Source: an uncultured Candidatus Saccharibacteria bacterium | Lineage (GTDB): Bacteria > Patescibacteriota > Minisyncoccia > UBA6257 > 2-01-FULL-56-20 | Direction of reading: 5' to 3' | Length of the DNA stretch: 62,222 nt | Assembly: GCA_964505005.1 (NCBI GenBank) | Contig: CAZDFQ010000003.1 | Coordinates: 1 to 62,222 of the forward strand | In this document: positions 44,916 through 55,381 of the stretch, in pieces | Layout of the letters: every line of letters starts with the position of its first letter | How positions within the stretch are numbered: the stretch's first letter is position 1 | The notes under the pieces: model-generated | Database searches by the model: none | Told to the model about the DNA's origin: nothing | Seen by the model: the letters and a program-made list of their open reading frames with translations, nothing else | Translations under genes and position numbers: made by a program

Positions 44916-46109
44916 AAGAAAGCCGTCGGTAAAAAACACATCGATTACCACGGCCGGAACGGCAATAAACCAAGCCAGCGTCAAAGAAGAAAAATCTCTT
45001 TCGGCTATTCGCGCCAGAGCCCTTTTAATATCCCGGCCCAGCTTTAGGAAAAAAAAGATAATCGCCGCCAGCGCGCCCAGGCCGCCGTCAAGAGCGGTTT
45101 CGATAAAGAAATTATTGGCCGAATGAGGAAGGTTTATGTCTTCAGTGGTCTTGATTTTGCCCAGGTAAGCAGTAAGGTAATCGCCGAAACCGAAACCAAG
45201 GCCAGCCGCCGGGCCAATTAGCTGCCAGGAGGCAAGCCGCCAGGCCTTGGTGCGCGATTGTTCCTTGGAAGGTTGGGTTAGGAAGTTAACCGCTCGTTCA
45301 GCCACAACATTTTTGATATTGAGATTCAAGATTTCGATTTTGGGCAGGAGAAAGTAGCCGATGGAGAAAGTAAAGAGAACGATGAAAAAGACAGCCGCTG
45401 CTTTTTTGAAGTTTTTTAGATAGAAAAGATAGAACAAGAGCCAGAAAAGGATAGCGGCGCTGAGGCTGAGCCAGGAAGCGCGCGAGGCGGCCCAAAGGAT
45501 AAAATTAGCGACAATCACGAGCCAGCCGAGGAGCAGTATTTTTGTGAATTTTCTTTTGGCGTCGAGGATAATTCCCAGTCCTATCAAATAGACGACCGCC
45601 ATCCACAAGCCGAAGATAATCGGCGACTGCACGAACCCGGTGAGGCGGCCGCCGCTGAGATAAATTATTCTTCCAGTCGGCCAAAACACAGGAATTGTCC
45701 AGAAAGGCGAAATTAGGACGCCGTAGCTCAGAAAGCGCAAGGCCCTTTTTTCATAAATGACGAGAAAAGCCAAGAAGAGAAATAAGAGAAAATTAAAAAT
45801 CACCCTGGCATAGTTCAAAATTACGGCGCTATTCAGCGAAGTATTATAGCCGCGGAAATAGCTGGTGATTTGGGCAATGATAATAAAGAAAACGATAAAG
45901 GCGAAACTTAAGGCATAGGGCCGGAGTTTTGGCCAGAACATTTTAATTGCCTGCCGGGCCTTGGCGCTGGCGAAAAGTGTCAATCCGGCTGCGGCAAAAA
46001 TAACATCAGCTAATTTCAAAGGATAGCCGCGCCAATTCATCAAAAGAATGGTGGCTGCGCCAATGAGGCCGAGGGTAATAAATCTGGCGTCGATTTTTTG
46101 ATTAATCAT
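44823..46109 (-). CDS. O-antigen ligase family membrane protein
   Basis: Multiple TM helices; RLTG…PIIFG, ASRASW, GLGFG, ANNFFIE; start uncertain (46109, 46169 or 46199). Confidence 0.8.
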   Translation of the reverse strand: MINQKIDARFITLGLIGAATILLMNWRGYPLKLADVIFAAAGLTLFASAKARQAIKMFWPKLRPYALSFAFIVFFIIIAQITSYFRGYNTSLNSAVILNYARVIFNFLLFLFLAFLVIYEKRALRFLSYGVLISPFWTIPVFWPTGRIIYLSGGRLTGFVQSPIIFGLWMAVVYLIGLGIILDAKRKFTKILLLGWLVIVANFILWAASRASWLSLSAAILFWLLFYLFYLKNFKKAAAVFFIVLFTFSIGYFLLPKIEILNLNIKNVVAERAVNFLTQPSKEQSRTKAWRLASWQLIGPAAGLGFGFGDYLTAYLGKIKTTEDINLPHSANNFFIETALDGGLGALAAIIFFFLKLGRDIKRALARIAERDFSSLTLAWFIAVPAVVIDVFFTDGFLLRHVWFVLGTGAGAALSIGKFSEKIPDAAS

Positions 46110-46257
46110 AAAGATTCGGTGGCGCTTGTTTTCGGTAGAACGATTTTTTTGACTGCAATGGTTATTCATAAATATAATATAAAGCAGACAATCCACCAAC
46201 CACCCACCTTAACGTTTAAAAAATGTCACGGCGTATAACATTTTTTCATTTGGTTCG

Positions 46258-46333
46258 CCCCGCCCCCCTGAGTTCGCTCAGGCGACCCGCCCGCTTCGCC
46301 TTGCGAAGCAAGGCGGGCGGGAGTCGGGCGTGG
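46258..46333. repeat. Palindromic repeat with a nested insert (second filled variant)
   Basis: cccgcccccctgagttcgctcaggc…agtcgggcgtggt host with insert 46284-46321. Confidence 0.75.
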
Positions 46334-46430
46334 TCGCCGCAAATAAAACTTCGTTTTCCTTGCGGACTCGCTGCCAAATGGATGAAATTTAATTTCATTA
46401 TTTGGTTCGCTCGGCCAAAATGAAAATAAA

Positions 46431-47222
46431 ATGATTTTCACTTTGCTCTTCGTTGCCAAATGTAATAAGTTCTGGCGAAGAATATGTTTAGTCGGCCGCG
46501 GCCTCTATTTGTTCAAGGATTGGCCGACTTGGCTGGGCTACCGATTCGGAATTTTTAAAAAGAGCGGTCGTGGCGTTTTCCGGTTAAGAAACGGCGTTGT
46601 TTTCCAAGTTGATTTTTCAGCCGGCGGCCCAGGAGTTTTCCAGGAGGTCTGGCTGATGGACCTTTATGAAAAGCATTATCGGATAAAACCCGGGGATGTT
46701 ATTCTGGACATTGGCGCTCATATCGGCGCTTTCTCGGTGCTGGCCGCCCGGAAAGGCGCCAAGGTTTTTGCTTACGAGCCCACCCCCCGTTCATTCCGGC
46801 TTCTTTTGGAAAATATAAAAGACTACGATGTTTCGGCTTTTAATCTGGCTGTTTCTTCGAAAGCCGGGGAGATAAAAATACTCAGGCGCCCAGGAGGAGA
46901 AGAGGGGAATAGGCCCCTTGAGCTGGGCAGCAAGAGCAGCGAGTATTTTATCGCTTCCTCAACAACCCTCGCTGACATTTTTCGTCAAAATAACATTGAA
47001 TATTGTAATCTTTTGAAGCTTGACTGCGAAGGCGCGGAGACAACAATCCTTTCAGCCGCGCCAAAAGAATTATTCCAGCGGATAGAAAATATTTCCTTGG
47101 AGTACCATCAGAACTTTGACGAAGTAGTTAAAATTATTAAATCCAAAGGTCACAAAATTGTGGGCTCGAGCGGCCAGAAGTATGGTTATCTTTATTCTAA
47201 AAAAGCAAAATTGGTATCATAA
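46431..47222 (+). CDS. FkbM-family methyltransferase
   Basis: LDIGAHIG, YEP, LKLDCEGAE. Confidence 0.92.
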   Translation: MIFTLLFVAKCNKFWRRICLVGRGLYLFKDWPTWLGYRFGIFKKSGRGVFRLRNGVVFQVDFSAGGPGVFQEVWLMDLYEKHYRIKPGDVILDIGAHIGAFSVLAARKGAKVFAYEPTPRSFRLLLENIKDYDVSAFNLAVSSKAGEIKILRRPGGEEGNRPLELGSKSSEYFIASSTTLADIFRQNNIEYCNLLKLDCEGAETTILSAAPKELFQRIENISLEYHQNFDEVVKIIKSKGHKIVGSSGQKYGYLYSKKAKLVS

Positions 47223-47245
47223 ATTTTAAGAATTGTTAGTGTTAA

Positions 47246-47615
47246 GCCAGCAGGTTTCTCGGAACCGCGGTCAGCTCGCTCCAGCGGCTCGCTGCCGCTG
47301 CCTCTCGGCGAAAAACTTTGGCTTCGCCAAAGACCGAGCTTTTTCGCCTCCGAGAGCTTCCTCAACTCTCCGCGAGCCCAGAAGGCGAGCGGTAAGAGTT
47401 GGCGCGATCCCGCTTATCTCCGAATGAGATTAATGTATTGCTTCTATCGCGGAGAGTACGGTATCCTCGCCCATCTAACCCCAAAACTTCGTTTTTTGGA
47501 GATGGGCGGGACTTCTTCAAAATCCTGCCGGCTGGGTACCCTTCCTACCTGTCCCGTAGTGAATCGAAGTTCTACTTCGGCACTCGAGCGGAGCGGTTTT
47601 CTTGGCGAATTGCTG
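47246..47615. mobile_element. MITE-like structured repeat, long copy with internal hairpin inserts
   Basis: Colinear with 20769-20963 plus a ~155-bp insert after GAGCTTCCT. Confidence 0.7.
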
Positions 47616-47660
47616 GTAGAATTAGGTAAACAACATTAGATTTTTCATACCTAAATTTTG

Positions 47661-48761
47661 ATGGAAGAATTTCCTTTAAAAAGAATTTTTTTTGTACCCC
47701 CGGGACCGAATATGCTTCAAGGGAAATTATTTCTGGCTGGTTCGGCTTGGAGCGGCTCTTTCAGGAAATTTTTTGAAAGCCGCGGCATAGAATTAAAAAC
47801 CATTGACCAGTGGAATGGGAAAACGCCCGAATCTCACGAGGCTTTGGTGGTTTGGAATCATCCCGATGACTACTGGTGGGTAAGATTTTTTTATTGGCTT
47901 AGAAATAAATTAATTGGCCGACAGAAATTTCCGGTTAGCCATTCGACCCTGAAGAAAGCTTTGAGGTCATTCCCGCGGAAAATTCTTTTTCAATGGGAGC
48001 CGCCGATTGTTATGCCTTATCCTTATAAACGCCTTGGAAAATTGAAGAAAAGGTATGACAAAGTTTTCACCACGGTTCGTCTTGGCAGTGACGAAATTGG
48101 TTATTTTTTGGGGCCGTACGATTTTGAGGAATTTGCCGAGAGGATGTTTCAAGAATATTTCAATATCCCCAAAACAAAGTTCTTGACGCTGATAAATTCC
48201 AACGCCCGGGTTCATGGGTTCCGGAAGCACGAACTTTACACCGAGCGGCTGCGGGCTATCAGATATTTTTCAAAACGTTTTGACTTCGACCTCTACGGCG
48301 AGCGCTGGGACAAATTGCCCCGCTTCCCGAACTGGCTTTATCGGTCTTATGTCAAGAAAAGCTGGCGCGGCCGGATTCCTGGCCCGAAATACCCGGTCCT
48401 GGCCCAGTATAAATTCACCATTCTTTTTGAGAACAGCACTTTTCCCGGCTATGTTGATGTTAAGTTTTTGGATTGTTTTGTCTGCGGCGTGGTGCCGGTT
48501 TATCTCGGCGCGCCTGATGTTTTGGATTATGTGCCACCAGAGTGCTTCATCGATATGAGAAAATTTTCCTTCCAGGGAGATTTGACCGCCGGCGGGCAAA
48601 AATACGACTACGAGGAACTGGAAAAATATTTAAGGGCTTTTTCCGCCAGCGAGCTGGAAAAATACCGGCTGGCAATGGAGGATTACATTCATTCCAAAAA
48701 GTTTCGCGAGATGTTTTCCTTCGAGCGTTTGGCAAAAAAAATCCTTGAATCCTTAAAATAG
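47661..48761 (+). CDS. Glycosyltransferase family 10 (alpha-1,3-fucosyltransferase-like)
   Basis: FQWEPP, YKFTILFENS…GYVDVKFLDCFVCGVVPVYLGAP matches the GT10 alpha-1,3 motif. Confidence 0.85.
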   Translation: MEEFPLKRIFFVPPGPNMLQGKLFLAGSAWSGSFRKFFESRGIELKTIDQWNGKTPESHEALVVWNHPDDYWWVRFFYWLRNKLIGRQKFPVSHSTLKKALRSFPRKILFQWEPPIVMPYPYKRLGKLKKRYDKVFTTVRLGSDEIGYFLGPYDFEEFAERMFQEYFNIPKTKFLTLINSNARVHGFRKHELYTERLRAIRYFSKRFDFDLYGERWDKLPRFPNWLYRSYVKKSWRGRIPGPKYPVLAQYKFTILFENSTFPGYVDVKFLDCFVCGVVPVYLGAPDVLDYVPPECFIDMRKFSFQGDLTAGGQKYDYEELEKYLRAFSASELEKYRLAMEDYIHSKKFREMFSFERLAKKILESLK

Positions 48762-48802
48762 TGGATAGCTATTCGCTGCTCGCCCCCCGGGAAAGACTTC
48801 TT

Positions 48803-48830
48803 TTGTCAGCCGAGATCGGCGTGCTACAAT
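48803..48830 (+). promoter_or_regulatory. Putative sigma70 promoter
   Basis: TTGTCA, 16 nt, extended TGc TACAAT. Confidence 0.4.
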
Positions 48831-48844
48831 AATTTAAAATAAAC

Positions 48845-49402
48845 ATGATTTTTACAGAGGTAAAGATGAAAGGAGTATGGATTATTGAGCTTGAGCCGCG
48901 AGTCGACGAGCGCGGTTTTTTTGCAAGGAATTTTGCCAAAGAAGAATTTCTTAAAAACGGCATTGAATTTAATATTATCCATGTTAATCGTTCTTTTAAT
49001 AAAGTAAAGGGAACCTTGCGAGGATTTCATTACCAACAAGCGCCGAAAGCCGAAGGGAAGGTATTACAATGCCTGCGGGGGAGGGCTTACGATGTCATTT
49101 TGGATTTAAGGAAGAATTCAAAAACCTATGGGCAGTGGGTGGCCATTGAATTGAGCGCCGAGAAAAAGAATATGATTTTCTGCCCCAAGGGCTGCGCCAA
49201 TGCCATCCAGATTATGGAGAACGACTCAGAACTTCAATATTTCGTGGACGAATATTATTCTCCTGAACACGAACACGGCATCCGCTGGAATGACCCGTAC
49301 TTCAAAGTGGAATGGCCGTTTGCTGAACCGACCGTTATTTCAGAGAAAGATGCTAACTGGCCACTCGTTGAGGCGAGCAACCCGCCGGTGGCGGAGTTGT
49401 AG
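48845..49402 (+). CDS. rfbC: dTDP-4-dehydrorhamnose 3,5-epimerase family
   Basis: DERGFFAR, GTLRGFHYQ, LDLRKNS, GIRWNDP, ISEKD. Confidence 0.9.
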   Translation: MIFTEVKMKGVWIIELEPRVDERGFFARNFAKEEFLKNGIEFNIIHVNRSFNKVKGTLRGFHYQQAPKAEGKVLQCLRGRAYDVILDLRKNSKTYGQWVAIELSAEKKNMIFCPKGCANAIQIMENDSELQYFVDEYYSPEHEHGIRWNDPYFKVEWPFAEPTVISEKDANWPLVEASNPPVAEL

Positions 49403-49489
49403 ATAGATGAAGATAACCGCGGCGAATTCAGGTGTTGATTTTAACGACGGAAGAAGCGGGAAGACGAAATCTAAAGAGTCAGGCCAACT

Positions 49490-49519
49490 TTGACTGAGTT
49501 TCCCTAAGGATGGTATGAT
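49490..49519 (+). promoter_or_regulatory. Putative sigma70 promoter
   Basis: TTGACT, 18 nt, extended TGg TATGAT. Confidence 0.4.
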
Positions 49520-49530
49520 TTTTCCGTTCG

Positions 49531-50562
49531 ATGAAAATTCTTCTTACTGGGAATAAGGGCTATATTGGTTCGGTGCTGGGAGAAATTCTTCTCTCCCGCG
49601 GCCACGAGGTCATCGGCTATGACATTGATTATTACGGCGACGGCGATCTATTGCCCCTTGAACATCAACTGGTTCAAATCAAAAAAGATATCAGGGACGC
49701 AACTGCGGAAGACCTAAAAGGAATCGAGGCCGTTATCCATCTGGCAGCGCTTTCGAACGACCCTTTAGGCGAACTTACTCCCAATCTTACCGAAGAAATA
49801 AACTTAGTCGCCACCGTCCGCCTGGCGCAATTAGCAAAAGGAAGCGGAGTAAAAAGATTCGTTTTCGCTTCCTCGCAGAGCATGTACGGCGCCGCGGCTA
49901 CCAGCCACGAACTTGGCGAAGACGACGCTGGTCCTTACGGTGTAACAGCTTATGCCAGAACCAAATGGGAGGCCGAAGGAGAACTCAAAAAACTCTGTTC
50001 AGATGATTTTGTGGTGGTTTGTCTAAGGCCTTCGACGGTCTTCGGCGCCAGCCCGAACTTCCGGAGCGATATTGTTTTTAACAATCTGGTGGCTTCGGGC
50101 TATACAACCAGTCGGATTGAAGTCAAAAGTGACGGCACTCCTTGGCGGCCAGTGGTCCACATTCGCGATACTTCGCAAGCGTTTATTGCCGGAGTGGAAG
50201 CGCCGGCCGAACTCGTTGGTTGCCAATCTTTCAATGTCGGCATTCCTAATGGCAATTTTACCGTGAAACAGCTGGCCGAAGCTGCTCAACGAGCGGTGCC
50301 CGGAAGCGAAATTGTTTTTACCGGCGAACACGGGCGAGATAGCCGCACTTACCGCATAAGTTTCCAAAAAATTCTTACTGTTCTTAAGGACTATTACCAG
50401 CCAGAGTACGACTTAGATAAAGGCGGTCAAGAGCTGGTGAATTTTTTCAAAAAAGTGAATTTTAGCGAAGAGGATTTTCGCGGCCGGCGCACCAACCGTC
50501 TGAAGCAGATAAAATATCTCCTTGTCAAAGGCGAGCTCGACCCCTGCTTACGCCGATTATAA
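49531..50562 (+). CDS. NAD-dependent epimerase/dehydratase family protein
   Basis: LTGNKGYIG, HLAALSND, YARTK, DGTPWRP. Confidence 0.9.
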   Translation: MKILLTGNKGYIGSVLGEILLSRGHEVIGYDIDYYGDGDLLPLEHQLVQIKKDIRDATAEDLKGIEAVIHLAALSNDPLGELTPNLTEEINLVATVRLAQLAKGSGVKRFVFASSQSMYGAAATSHELGEDDAGPYGVTAYARTKWEAEGELKKLCSDDFVVVCLRPSTVFGASPNFRSDIVFNNLVASGYTTSRIEVKSDGTPWRPVVHIRDTSQAFIAGVEAPAELVGCQSFNVGIPNGNFTVKQLAEAAQRAVPGSEIVFTGEHGRDSRTYRISFQKILTVLKDYYQPEYDLDKGGQELVNFFKKVNFSEEDFRGRRTNRLKQIKYLLVKGELDPCLRRL

Positions 50563-50578
50563 GCTATAGTTATTAATT

Positions 50579-51760
50579 ATGTTAAATCAGGCAGTAATTT
50601 TAGCCGGCGGGCCGGGCTTGCGCCTCCGGCCGTTTACGGCCGACAGACCGAAACCAATGGTTTTAGTGGCTGGCAAGCCCTTCATTGATTATCTACTGGA
50701 ATTTCTGAAGAGAAACGGCATTACCGAAGTTGTTTTACTCCTGGGTTATTTGCCGGAGAAAATCACTGATTATGTCGGCGATGGCTCGAAATTCGACTTG
50801 AAAGCGAGGTATTCGATTACGCCATTGGAAGACGGCACTGGCACCAGAATCAAAAAAGCCAGAAATTTAATTGCCAAAGAGTTTTTGCTGATGTACTGCG
50901 ACAACCTGCTTGATTTCCGAGTGAAGGACCTTTATGACTTTCACAAATCAAAAAATGTTTTAGGGACAGTAACGGTTTATACGAATAAGCACGGCCTGAC
51001 GAAGAATAACATCTTTGTTGATGAAAATGGGTTGGTAACAAAATATGATAAGTCGCGCCAGGACCCTCATTTGAACGGCGTGGATATGGGATTTTTCATC
51101 CTTAATAAAGAGGTCATTGACTTGATACCAGAAGAACAAACCGCTTTTTTCGAGACCACGGCCATGCCGAAGCTGATTGAGAGAAGGCAACTGGCTGGTT
51201 TTACCGTGGACCGGCCCTATTACAGCATCGGCTCGCCGGCCCGGCGAGAGATGACCGAAAAATTTTTGACGCCGAAAAAAGTCATCTTTCTTGACCGCGA
51301 CGGCGTGATAAACAAAAAAATGCCCCCCGGCGATTATGTAAAAAAATGGGAGGAGTTTGAATTTCTGCCAGGAGCGATTGAGGCCTTGAAGCTTCTCACC
51401 GAAAATGGCTATCAGATTTTCATAATTTCCAATCAAGCAGGAGTGGCTCGCGGGAAGATGACCCCGGACAATCTATGGGAAATCGAGCATAAGATGGAGG
51501 AAGGAATTGGCAGGGTTGGGGCAAAGGTAAGCGGGTTTTACTACTGCCTTCACGGCTGGGACGAGGGCTGCGAATGTCGGAAACCAAAGCCCGGCCTTCT
51601 ATTCCAGGCAGCGCTGGACCACTTCATTCACTTGCCAGACGCTGTATTTGTCGGCGACGATCCAAAGGACCGGGAAGCTGGAGATGTGGCGGGGGCGAAA
51701 ACAATGCTTGTGACTCCGGAGAAGAATTTACTTGATATAGTTAAAGAATTGGCGCAATGA
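50579..51760 (+). CDS. Fusion of sugar-phosphate nucleotidyltransferase and GmhB-like D,D-heptose-1,7-bisphosphate phosphatase
   Basis: N: ILAGGPGLRLRP…PKPM; C: FLDRDGVIN, SNQAG, CxH…CECRKPKPG, VGD. Confidence 0.9.
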   Translation: MLNQAVILAGGPGLRLRPFTADRPKPMVLVAGKPFIDYLLEFLKRNGITEVVLLLGYLPEKITDYVGDGSKFDLKARYSITPLEDGTGTRIKKARNLIAKEFLLMYCDNLLDFRVKDLYDFHKSKNVLGTVTVYTNKHGLTKNNIFVDENGLVTKYDKSRQDPHLNGVDMGFFILNKEVIDLIPEEQTAFFETTAMPKLIERRQLAGFTVDRPYYSIGSPARREMTEKFLTPKKVIFLDRDGVINKKMPPGDYVKKWEEFEFLPGAIEALKLLTENGYQIFIISNQAGVARGKMTPDNLWEIEHKMEEGIGRVGAKVSGFYYCLHGWDEGCECRKPKPGLLFQAALDHFIHLPDAVFVGDDPKDREAGDVAGAKTMLVTPEKNLLDIVKELAQ

Positions 51761-52629
51761 AGATATTTATCACTGGCGGCACGGGTTTTATAGGGCGATA
51801 TGTTGTGCGGCGCCTGCTCCAGGCAAGACACAAAGTGTTTCTCCTTGTCCGCGACCTCAAGCGCGCGGAGGAGATTTTCGGCAGGACGAGAAGATTAGAG
51901 CTGATGCGCGGTGAGCTTAAAGATCTAGCGAAGCTTGAGCAGAAGATAAAAAGATTAAAACCCGAAGCTTGTGTGCATTTGGCGTGGGAAGGAATTCCCG
52001 ATTATGGCGTTGAAATGAGTTTGAAGAATCTACAGTACGGCCTTGATTTGATAAGGACGCTTACGCGAGTCGGTTGCAGAAAAATGATTGTAAGCGGCAG
52101 TTGTTGGGAGTACGGCGCAACAAGCGGCGAAGTCAGCGAGGAGGCAAAACTCAACCCCCGGAATCCTTTTGCGGCAGCAAAGGTAGCTCTTTATTTTTTG
52201 GGGAGGGTGATTGTCGAGGCGAACAAAGCCGATTTCGTCTGGCTCAGATTTTTCTACGTTTATGGGCCAGGCCAGAAAAAAGCCTCGCTTATTCCTTATC
52301 TTCTACAAAGGAAAGAACGTGGTTTGTTGCCGCATCTCGAGAATCGCCGAGGGGGTAATGATTTTGTTTATGTCGATGACGTTGCGCAAGCTGTGGCTCA
52401 GGCGCTTTTCCTACGTAGGGGAGGTGTTTACAACATCGGCTCGGGAAAAGTTGCGGGCGTGGCGGAGATCGCTAATCTAGTCTATGGGAAGAAAATCATT
52501 CGAACAGCGCGCCCCAAAGGGTTTTACGCTGATATTTCTCGTGCCAGAAAGATTTTGGGGTGGAGGCCAAAAACTTCAATAAAGGCCGGTGTTTTACAAA
52601 CGTTGCGTAAGCAGGTCTTAGGATATTAA
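51757..52629 (+). CDS. NAD-dependent epimerase/reductase (CDP-dideoxyhexose synthase-like)
   Basis: ITGGTGFIG, HLAWEG, GSCWEYG, FAAAK, RFFYVYGP. Confidence 0.85.
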   Translation: MKIFITGGTGFIGRYVVRRLLQARHKVFLLVRDLKRAEEIFGRTRRLELMRGELKDLAKLEQKIKRLKPEACVHLAWEGIPDYGVEMSLKNLQYGLDLIRTLTRVGCRKMIVSGSCWEYGATSGEVSEEAKLNPRNPFAAAKVALYFLGRVIVEANKADFVWLRFFYVYGPGQKKASLIPYLLQRKERGLLPHLENRRGGNDFVYVDDVAQAVAQALFLRRGGVYNIGSGKVAGVAEIANLVYGKKIIRTARPKGFYADISRARKILGWRPKTSIKAGVLQTLRKQVLGY

Positions 52630-52633
52630 AAAG

Positions 52634-53749
52634 ATGAGATGCCCCGTTTGCTACAAAAGGAACCTAGAATTCGTTTATAGATTTACCGACGTGCCTGTCC
52701 TCAACCACGTTTTTTTTCGCACCCCGGTGGCGGCAAGAAAAGCGAAAAAGAGTGTTATCAGCCTTTACGGCTGTAGAGAGTGTGGTTTTGTATTTAATGC
52801 GTCTTTTGACGAAAAACTTATTCGCTACATGACGCTCTACGATAATACGCAAAGTTTCTCGCCGTATTTTTTCTCTTATATCAGAAACCTTGCGCGGCAT
52901 CTATTCCGGAAATACAGACTGCGCGACAAGAGGATTGTCGAAGTTGGTTGTGGTAAGGGGCAGTTTCTTGAAATGCTCTACGATATGGGAGCAAAGCGTG
53001 CTCGAGGATTTGACCCAGCTTATGTTAGCTACAATCCCAAAATCGACAAATTAGTTGTCAGAAAATATTTCAACAGAAAAAATATTGGCAAGAAAGTCGA
53101 TTTTATAATTTGCCGGCACACACTGGAGCATATTCCGCGGCCAAGAGAATTTGTGGAGTCGGTCTCCCGCTGCCTTACTCGTGAAGGGGTTATGTACTTC
53201 GAGGTCCCCGATCTTTCTTGGATTATTAAGAATAAAACTTTTTTCGACTTTACTTATGAGCACTGCAATTATTTTACGCCGCGTTCACTCTACAATCTTT
53301 TTGCTCAGTTTGGCTTCCTACACATTGTTTTTAGAAGCGGTCTTGGCGGCCAATATATCCAGGCGGAAATAAGTCGGGGTATTCCCAGCGGCCGGGGCCT
53401 CCATCTTGTAGATTTTGCTAAGATAGGAAAGTTTATCGGCTCAAGTATGAGCCGCACAAAGATGCTTCTCTGTCGGATCGGCAAGTTTGTTGTTTGGGGT
53501 GCTGGCGGCAAGGGAGTCCTTTTTTTGAACCGTCTGCGCATCAAGCCAAAAGTGTCGCCTTATATCATTGATCTAAACCCCAATAAACAGGGCAAATATG
53601 TTCCTGGCACGGCGCAGAAGGTTGTCGCGCCGGATGCATTGCACCGGGGAAAAGTAAAGACAATCATTATTATGAATCCCGTCTATGAAAAAGAGATTAG
53701 AAAGCGCGTTAAAAGGTCGGGTTTTAACGGGAAATTTATCGTTTTATGA
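52634..53749 (+). CDS. SAM-dependent NDP-sugar C-methyltransferase-like protein
   Basis: N-terminal CPVC…CRECG zinc site; VEVGCGKG, HTLEH, YEHCNYF, WGAGGKG. Confidence 0.85.
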   Translation: MRCPVCYKRNLEFVYRFTDVPVLNHVFFRTPVAARKAKKSVISLYGCRECGFVFNASFDEKLIRYMTLYDNTQSFSPYFFSYIRNLARHLFRKYRLRDKRIVEVGCGKGQFLEMLYDMGAKRARGFDPAYVSYNPKIDKLVVRKYFNRKNIGKKVDFIICRHTLEHIPRPREFVESVSRCLTREGVMYFEVPDLSWIIKNKTFFDFTYEHCNYFTPRSLYNLFAQFGFLHIVFRSGLGGQYIQAEISRGIPSGRGLHLVDFAKIGKFIGSSMSRTKMLLCRIGKFVVWGAGGKGVLFLNRLRIKPKVSPYIIDLNPNKQGKYVPGTAQKVVAPDALHRGKVKTIIIMNPVYEKEIRKRVKRSGFNGKFIVL

Positions 53750-54480
53750 GCGTGGATTTGCGATTTGAGCGGGAGCGGAAGCAGAGCGCCGGGCGTCAGG
53801 GGAAAGATAAAGTTCTTAAGGCGCTCGCCCGTCATTTTATGATTGAATCGGTCCGCAGCCGCTATTCTTATAATTTCGACTGGCTTGGTAGTCCGATTAT
53901 TCAATATCCGCAAGATGTCGTGGCTATGCAGGAACTTATTTGGAGGGTGAAACCGGATTTAATTATCGAGTGTGGAATCGCTCGCGGCGGGTCCATTATT
54001 TTTTACGCATCGATGCTGGAACTTCTTGGCGGTAAAAGAAGGGTGGTCGGTGTGGATATTGATATCAGGAAACATAATCGCGAGGAAATTGAAAAACATA
54101 AGTTTTTCCGTCGGATCACTTTAATCGAGGGATCGTCTGTTGATCCAAGGGTGGTGCGCCGCGTGCAAGGCATTGCTAAGAAATACAAGAAGGTGTTGGT
54201 TGTACTTGACTCAAGCCATAGTCATGAACACGTGCTCCGTGAGCTCGAGGCGTACGCGCCACTTGTGAGTAAGGGGAGCTACTGCGTAGTTTTCGATACC
54301 ATTATTGCTGTAATCCCCGAGAAATTTTACGAGCCGCGGCCCTGGAATCGCAGGAGAAATCCGGCCACGGCGGCGAGAGTTTTTCTTAAGCAAAATAAGA
54401 ATTTTCGGCCGGATACCACCGTTGATGATAGACTCCTAATTAGCGTAACCCCCCGAGGCTATTTAAAGCGAATCAGATAA
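53746..54480 (+). CDS. Cephalosporin hydroxylase (CmcI)-family O-methyltransferase
   Basis: YSYNFDWLGSPIIQYPQD, IIECGIARGGS, VLDSSHSHEHVL. Confidence 0.9.
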   Translation: MSVDLRFERERKQSAGRQGKDKVLKALARHFMIESVRSRYSYNFDWLGSPIIQYPQDVVAMQELIWRVKPDLIIECGIARGGSIIFYASMLELLGGKRRVVGVDIDIRKHNREEIEKHKFFRRITLIEGSSVDPRVVRRVQGIAKKYKKVLVVLDSSHSHEHVLRELEAYAPLVSKGSYCVVFDTIIAVIPEKFYEPRPWNRRRNPATAARVFLKQNKNFRPDTTVDDRLLISVTPRGYLKRIR

Positions 54481-55368
54481 ATGACCGAAAAGCGACCAGT
54501 GGTGAGTATTGGACTTGCGACTCGCAACGGAGCCCGCTATATCCGCGAGGCACTCGATTCCTTGCTGGAGCAGACTTACGGGGATTTTGAGTTGATTGTG
54601 TCCGATAATGCTTCAAGTGACGAGACTCCAAAAATCTGCCGAGAATACGCTGCTCGCGACAGAAGGATTAGATATTTCCGTCAGTCGGAGAACATCGGCG
54701 CCCTTTTAAATTACAATTTTGTTCTTAAAGAGGCGCGCGGCAATTATTTTATGTGGGCCTCGGACGATGACATTTGGAAACCAACATTCATTGAAAGATG
54801 TGTTGGTATTTTGGGAAAAGAGCCGGATGTGATTGTTGCTTTTAGTGCCTTCGAAGACTTTGATGATTACGGCAATGTCCGCGAGAGGGACCCGAAGCGG
54901 GCAATCACAACGAAGAAGGATTGTTACGGTCGGCTGAAGGAATTTTTGCTGTTTGATTGGGATGATGACAAAGCAGATGTTCTTTACGGCCTCTGGCGAC
55001 TAGACAGGATCAAAAATCGCCCCCTCGTAGGATGGGGGCCGAGGCACGAGATGGTGGGCTGGGGATTTGAAATTTTATGGATTTTTAAATGGTTTACAGA
55101 GAGCGCATGCGATTATGCTTGGGAGGTGCTGTTCCGTAAACGGGCAAAGGGCGTCGATTTTTCCGGCCGACGCCTGCTACGGCCAAAACGCAGTACGGCT
55201 GCAAGGATTATAAGGAGCCTTGTTGAACGGGCGAGAAAAATCCCGTTTTTTTGGAAACTCACCGCTTTCGTTGCTGGCTGTAAAAGATTAACTCCGTCGG
55301 AGAAGTTGCGTCTTCTTTTTTGGACATTTTTTGCCATGAGCCGTCTTTTTTGGCGGAGGAAAATGTAG
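54481..55368 (+). CDS. Glycosyltransferase family 2
   Basis: VSIGLATRNG, SDNASSD, WASDDD. Confidence 0.9.
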   Translation: MTEKRPVVSIGLATRNGARYIREALDSLLEQTYGDFELIVSDNASSDETPKICREYAARDRRIRYFRQSENIGALLNYNFVLKEARGNYFMWASDDDIWKPTFIERCVGILGKEPDVIVAFSAFEDFDDYGNVRERDPKRAITTKKDCYGRLKEFLLFDWDDDKADVLYGLWRLDRIKNRPLVGWGPRHEMVGWGFEILWIFKWFTESACDYAWEVLFRKRAKGVDFSGRRLLRPKRSTAARIIRSLVERARKIPFFWKLTAFVAGCKRLTPSEKLRLLFWTFFAMSRLFWRRKM

Positions 55369-55381
55369 ACATTTTGGAGGT

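Noticed and set aside
46224-46240. TGTCACG…TATAACA as a fifth TrpR-like site
   Set aside because: Left half-site mismatched and the spacing differs from the N6 pattern
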